Origin: Podarcis tiliguerta
Lineage: Eukaryota
DNA: 64,000 nt
NCBI GenBank assembly: GCA_965153285.1
Contig: OZ229116.1
Reading direction: 5' to 3' (one strand)
Part shown: piece after piece, positions 58,801 to 64,000 of the stretch
How positions within the stretch are numbered: position 1 is the first letter of the stretch
Layout of the letters: each line of letters begins with the position of its first letter
Position numbers and translations under genes: made by a program
Notes under the pieces: model-generated
The model's database searches: none
What the model was told of the DNA's origin: nothing
The model's input: only the letters and a program-made list of their open reading frames with translations

Positions 58801-60729
58801 CCTAACTCACCAAGGATTGAAGACACATCTCACCTGTTTTAGCCTGTCAGTCAAATGTGCATGGTATACATTGCAAATGCTGATGCAGTTGACACTATAT
58901 TAATAACAGACCCATTTAATCAGAATTTCCCACGTGGTTGGGCTCTTCAGGCCTGCCCCCCCAGTATTGTGGGATAAGCATACAGGTAAGTGGCTCACAG
59001 GTTGTTGGGAAAATGCTTAAAGTGCAACTATGCATACCAGACAGCTGTAAGATGGAGCCACACATAACAACTAACAGAAACTGTTAGTTCTTGTGTAACC
59101 TTAGACAAATCTATTTGCACGGGCTATTAATGGTAAAGGCTTGGCAACAGACTCAGTACTCGGGAGTTTTTAAAGATGAGGTGTGGTGGTTTCATACTTC
59201 TCAGGCCCTGGATTCACAAGCAGTATAACCTAAGTCCTCCGTTCTGGCTGACCTCTGCAGATCAGTACCTTTTCATTCTTACCACCTCTGCCCATTAGGG
59301 TTGCAGTCATCGGAGCGGAACACAAGAGCAGAGTGTGCCAGCGATTAATGTAAAAATCAATGGCAGGATTTCACACACAGCTCTCTTTGGTTATTGTAAT
59401 GATTGGCAGCCGGAATGTTGTAGAGCTGGTCCTGGTGGGCACTGTGCATTAGCTTTCTCAAAGGCAAAAATTGACGTCTCATTGTAAAGTCTGTGAAGGT
59501 TTCTAAGACCAGCGAGGCATCATTTCTTGGCTTGGCACCACTTGATGTGAATTAAAATTCATGCTATTTCCCCCCCCGGTGGTTTTCCTCCTTTTTCTGA
59601 AGGGTATTGTGAAATATATTAGCCTGATATGATTGGAAAAACACAGATGCAGGCAAACTAGGATCCAGCATACCTTTGGGACTCAATAAAAAATAGCAAA
59701 TCCACCTCTTTTTCACTATTGATTCTGTACAGAACTTTCGGAGAAATTTCATGTGTCAGGCTTCAATTTCATATATTTTCACCACAATGCATTATTAGGC
59801 TTTTAAAGCTGCCTTTGTTGTTGTTTCAAATTGGCTACCCCCCCCCCCCCCGTTTTTAGCTCCTGGTGACGAGAGCCATTTGAACTTCAAAACCACCCAC
59901 GCTTTCAATGAAGCAGTGTGAACCCGCTTCAAAATTCCTCCAAGTTTTCCAAGCTTTTATGCTCTCATATGGTTTGCAGACAAAAGCCCACAGGAGTTCC
60001 CATTTAGCCACCTAATAGCTAAAAGACAAAGGGGGGGAGAAAAAAAGTTTTAAACTGAAGTGCCCTCTTACAAGTGCATTAAAACCCATTTTGTTTGCTC
60101 TCCACTTCCAGAATGCCTCAGGCCAGTCTAAGATGCCATGTTAGCAAATGACTCACATGGGAACAGGGAAGAAACAGACCCTACTGCTAATTCTTGCCTT
60201 ACAGTTATAGAGCTACACAATGGAGCTACTTTACCCAAACCAAAATCCAGCATTTTGATGACATGAATCATACGGAGAGAAATAATCCAAATCCTTCAGC
60301 CTCTCAAAGCATGTTTGACAAATGCTTGTCAGTTACACAGTAAGAAATTTAGGATTTGAAGAATCCTAAGAACTCGGCTGGCAACCAGTAGATCAACTGC
60401 AGCTTGTAGACAAGATGGTAGTTATAGCCACACCATGCATTCAAAGCATATTTAAAACACATGGCTTCCCCCAAATAATCCTAGGAATTGAGATTTGCTA
60501 AGGGTGCTGGGAATTATAGCTCTGTGAGGATTATTTGAAGGGAGACACAGGTTTTAAATGTGCATTAAATATATAGTGCAGATCTTGATTACCCTGGAAA
60601 TGCTGCTTTCCTACACAACTTCTTAAATTCAGAGAACTTAAATAGATAATTCAATTAGGTTTTAACATGTTGTGTTGAGGGCTTTTCCTGTTTACTCAGG
60701 CTCCAAAAAGCTAATTCAAGCTATTAAGG

Positions 60730-60852
60730 TAAGGTTGCCATATTTTTTTCAATGAATCCGGGAACACTTTTCAACTTCAATGGATTTTGCATGGGGACTG
60801 ATTTGTAAATCCGGGGACTGTCCCCAGGTAACGGGGACGTCTGGTAACCTTA
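60730..60852. mobile_element. hAT (Blackjack-like) MITE
   Basis: TIR taaggttgcca / tggtaacctta with perfect 8-bp TSD tattaagg; subterminal ccgggga/ggggac motifs. Confidence 0.88.
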
Positions 60853-63004
60853 TATTAAGGGCCACACCCTTGACAGATTAGTTATTTAGGCAATGTTGCT
60901 ATGGTTTGGGGTATCCTATACAGTGGTACCTTGGCTTAAGAACCTAAAAAACTTTTATTTTTTAAAAGGAGGAATTTATCTATGAACTCATCAGCACTTC
61001 TTCCAAGAAAGCTTTTGCTTTACAGTATATTAAATGTTAGTTTCCCTGACAGAGATTCATTATGTGCTTCACCAAGCCAGAAACAAACCTCAGTATGGTT
61101 TGTAAAAACATTGCTACAATTTATATTCTATAACTGATGGATGGAAGGGCTGAAGACATTCTTGGTATAGTGAACCCTATGTAGTTGAGACTATAATTGA
61201 TGATCGATAAACTTCAGCATCCTTCTTTCATGTGTATGAATAAGACTTTCCTTTTATAGACCAATTTCACTGCTGATAACTGCAGAATAAAGTTAGATTG
61301 TTTGTTAACCTCTATTTGAATAATGAATTAAGTAATATGTATTGAGTGTTCTTGGGAGGGTGGTGGTAGTGATTTTAACAGCAATAAATTCCTGCCTTGT
61401 TCCTGCTTGCTTCGTGGTTGGGAGGTCCAGGAAAGTTTTTAAGCAGCAAATTATTCAAAAATACATGGAAGGTTTTTGTGACTGCTAGAAATCTCAATCA
61501 GGATTCAAATGTATATTATACATCTGAACCCAGTACTGAATTTTTACCTATCGTTTTTTAAAACCCTTCATATTCCTGCTTCTTCTACTAGATAGCATTT
61601 TATTTGTAATCATAGTTTTAAAAAAATGTTTTGGTTGCATTCTGCTCTAACAAGAAATCTCCTACACATCTAATATATATTACTAACTAAAGCAGAAACT
61701 GGCATCAGTGGGGAGGTCTGCAGATGTGTGGGTGTAATTGGCAAAGGAACAGTGTAGTTTAGAATGTATGTTCGATGGTGTGAATACAAACAAGGAACTT
61801 ATCCCTGAGTGCAATTTCACAGAATAAATATATAGCTATTTATTCTTTTTATTTTTCCTTTTACATCCAAACCATAATTGCACAGTTTACAAGAATACGT
61901 TGGAATATACGTAAACTTTAAATAGCAATAATTACCATTATAATCCGGAATATTATGTCAGCAAAAAAGAAAAGAAAAGAGAACATGGTAAAAGAACCAA
62001 CCTACATTAGTGAATTTCAGATCATTGAAAGAGGGAAGCTATTAAATAGCTCACTTTATTTATATATTTATGATCCTTTGTTTAAAAAGAAGCATATTCA
62101 TATATTCTTGCAGAATTGCAAAGGGATTATAAATAACCCTGTGCCCCCTCTGTCTGCCATTTCAAAATTCTTTCAACATTACTAAATAAACATGTTACAT
62201 TTTCAATGCGTAAGAGCTATTAAAACACTGTACATTTTTCTATTGCCATTTGAAAAGATTCGGAAGAAGGTTTTGTGGGAAAGATTATACTTTTGCTTAG
62301 CTTACATTTAAATCTATTCTTTCTTTTTGATTTGAAGGCAATAGTGAAATCTAATTTTAAACAGCAGAGTATTTCCTGATTCCCTGAATTAATGATTCTC
62401 ATATAGCTCCACACTATCATTTTGTATAAATAATACTCTTGTGTATCCAAAACTATAAATGAAATTGAATTGATTTAGTTTATCTGGCAAACAAGGAAAA
62501 GAATTATTAGAGACTTGAAATATATTTAATGAAAGCAGTATAATGGGACAATAATGCTCAGATTCTGTATCTATAAAGGAATTATTATTGGCATTTTAAT
62601 CCTGCTCTTCAGCCAAAAAAAAGAGTCCCAGAACAGCATACCAATATTAATGAGACAGTCTCTGCCCTCAGGCTCACAACTGAAGAGACACAACACAAAA
62701 GGAAAAGGGACTGAGAGGGAGCAGGAAAAATCAAACTCGGGCACTAATTCTTAGTTACGGAGAACTTGCAGTGAACAGCAGGAATGGAAACATTTGGAAT
62801 GACATGTGCTAACAATTCAATGTAAACATTGAACCTCCCCTACAGTATGTATTCAATAGTGTACAGGTGACAACCACAGTGACAAGTGTATGAGAATGTA
62901 TGCAAGGATGGTAGTGATCTATGTTGTACCAGCCAACTTCTACTTTTCTCACAAGTCTTAGTTAAAGGAGTGATTTGCACTTCAGCTCTAGTTGTTGCAT
63001 CATG

Positions 63005-63005
<1 letters not shown>

Positions 63006-63033
<28 letters not shown>
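63006..63033. repeat. (GATA)n microsatellite
   Basis: About 7 GATA units. Confidence 0.9.
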
Positions 63034-63035
<2 letters not shown>

Positions 63036-64000
63036 TTCTCATGGCGCAACAACTAGAAATATATGTATATGCATATGCACACACACACACATGCAAATGA
63101 AAGCAAAGGGCAACCGGAATCTTGCTAATGCCGTTTTTAAATTTAAAAAATCATTTATTTTAACAGACACAGACACAGTTATGAATGTAAAAGAAGCAAT
63201 GGCAATTGAATTGTAATGTAGTTCATGCTGGGTATTTTTTTAAAAAAAGAGGAAGAAACTGAGAAGGCCACCTAGAAGTGAAATTGGGAATTGTGGCCAA
63301 ACATCCTTTTCTATATTTTATTATTATTTGAGTATAACAGTATAGCTCTAATTATACATAACTCAGCCACCCACACTTCCGGATTATCTAAATTCTCACA
63401 GTAGCCCCATAACCATTTTGAAACAGAGCACTGGGCAGCAATATAAAGTTGCGCCAGAAGAACCAAATTGCCAGGAGATGCAGCTTGCAGTTTTAGGATG
63501 CTCCTATTCAGTCTGATTGCAGTGAATGACAACAAATGAAAGCCAATGGTCTCAGCAAAGGCAAACATGCCCTCAGCTGGAGATGATAAGGAAAGGCGGT
63601 ACTACAAGACTCCAGACTCCAGGAGTGGCTTGCAGGGTTCATGGTCCCCCCGCCCAAGCTGGTCAAGTATAAGAGGATGATGATGATGAAGAAGATGAAA
63701 ACTTTCTTAGTCTGCCAAGCCATTAGCCCACCTTTCTGAAGTGGCTCCCTTCATGCCTGCATATTTTAAGCCTACCTCAAACAATCACCTGCATGACTCC
63801 CTTTTTCTTCCTGTAGGGCTCCTCTGAAACTGATTGATAATGCATGGTTTGGGTGGGATAAACAACGAGAAGCTATAGAAATCATTGACTACAAACCCTG
63901 AAATTTTGAGTCCCTTCCAAACTGGTGCCAAGGTTTTGTAGTTGTTTTCTACGGCTTGGTAGCACAAACCCTGCATTTTATAAATATGCTTAATATTTGA

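Noticed and set aside
60921-60945. Full MITE at TA|cagtggtaccttggcttaag
   Set aside because: Only one terminus visible; remnant too short to call.
54700-64000. LDLRAD4 or other gene exons downstream
   Set aside because: No ORF with recognisable homology and no CpG island in this stretch.

Overview
Vertebrate nuclear DNA, most likely a squamate and probably a lacertid lizard (inferred from Sauria-type SINEs, Bov-B/CR1/L2 fragments and lizard-type MITEs). The window holds: (1) the two alternative terminal coding exons and 3' UTR of SEH1L (about 1.2-3.8 kb); (2) a CpG-island promoter (about 4.95-6.0 kb); (3) an apparently complete, intact CEP192 gene on the + strand, hand-assembled as 46 coding exons with GT-AG junctions and consistent phases from ATG 7036 to TAG 53988 (7383 nt, about 2460 aa); (4) about 10 kb of downstream intergenic DNA. 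Introns carry many short non-autonomous DNA transposons (TA-flanked pogo/Tigger-like and Tc2-like MITEs, hAT MITEs with 8-bp TSDs) and retroposon fragments. I found no clearly new biological system. The most unusual items are a GC-rich promoter-like insert between 27-bp direct repeats at a hairpin (49.2-49.5 kb), an out-of-frame uORF overlapping the CEP192 start, two candidate first exons, MITEs with shared ends but unrelated GC-rich interiors, and apparent clustering of MITEs next to exons. Orthology and repeat-family names rest on my recall of the sequences, not on database searches.
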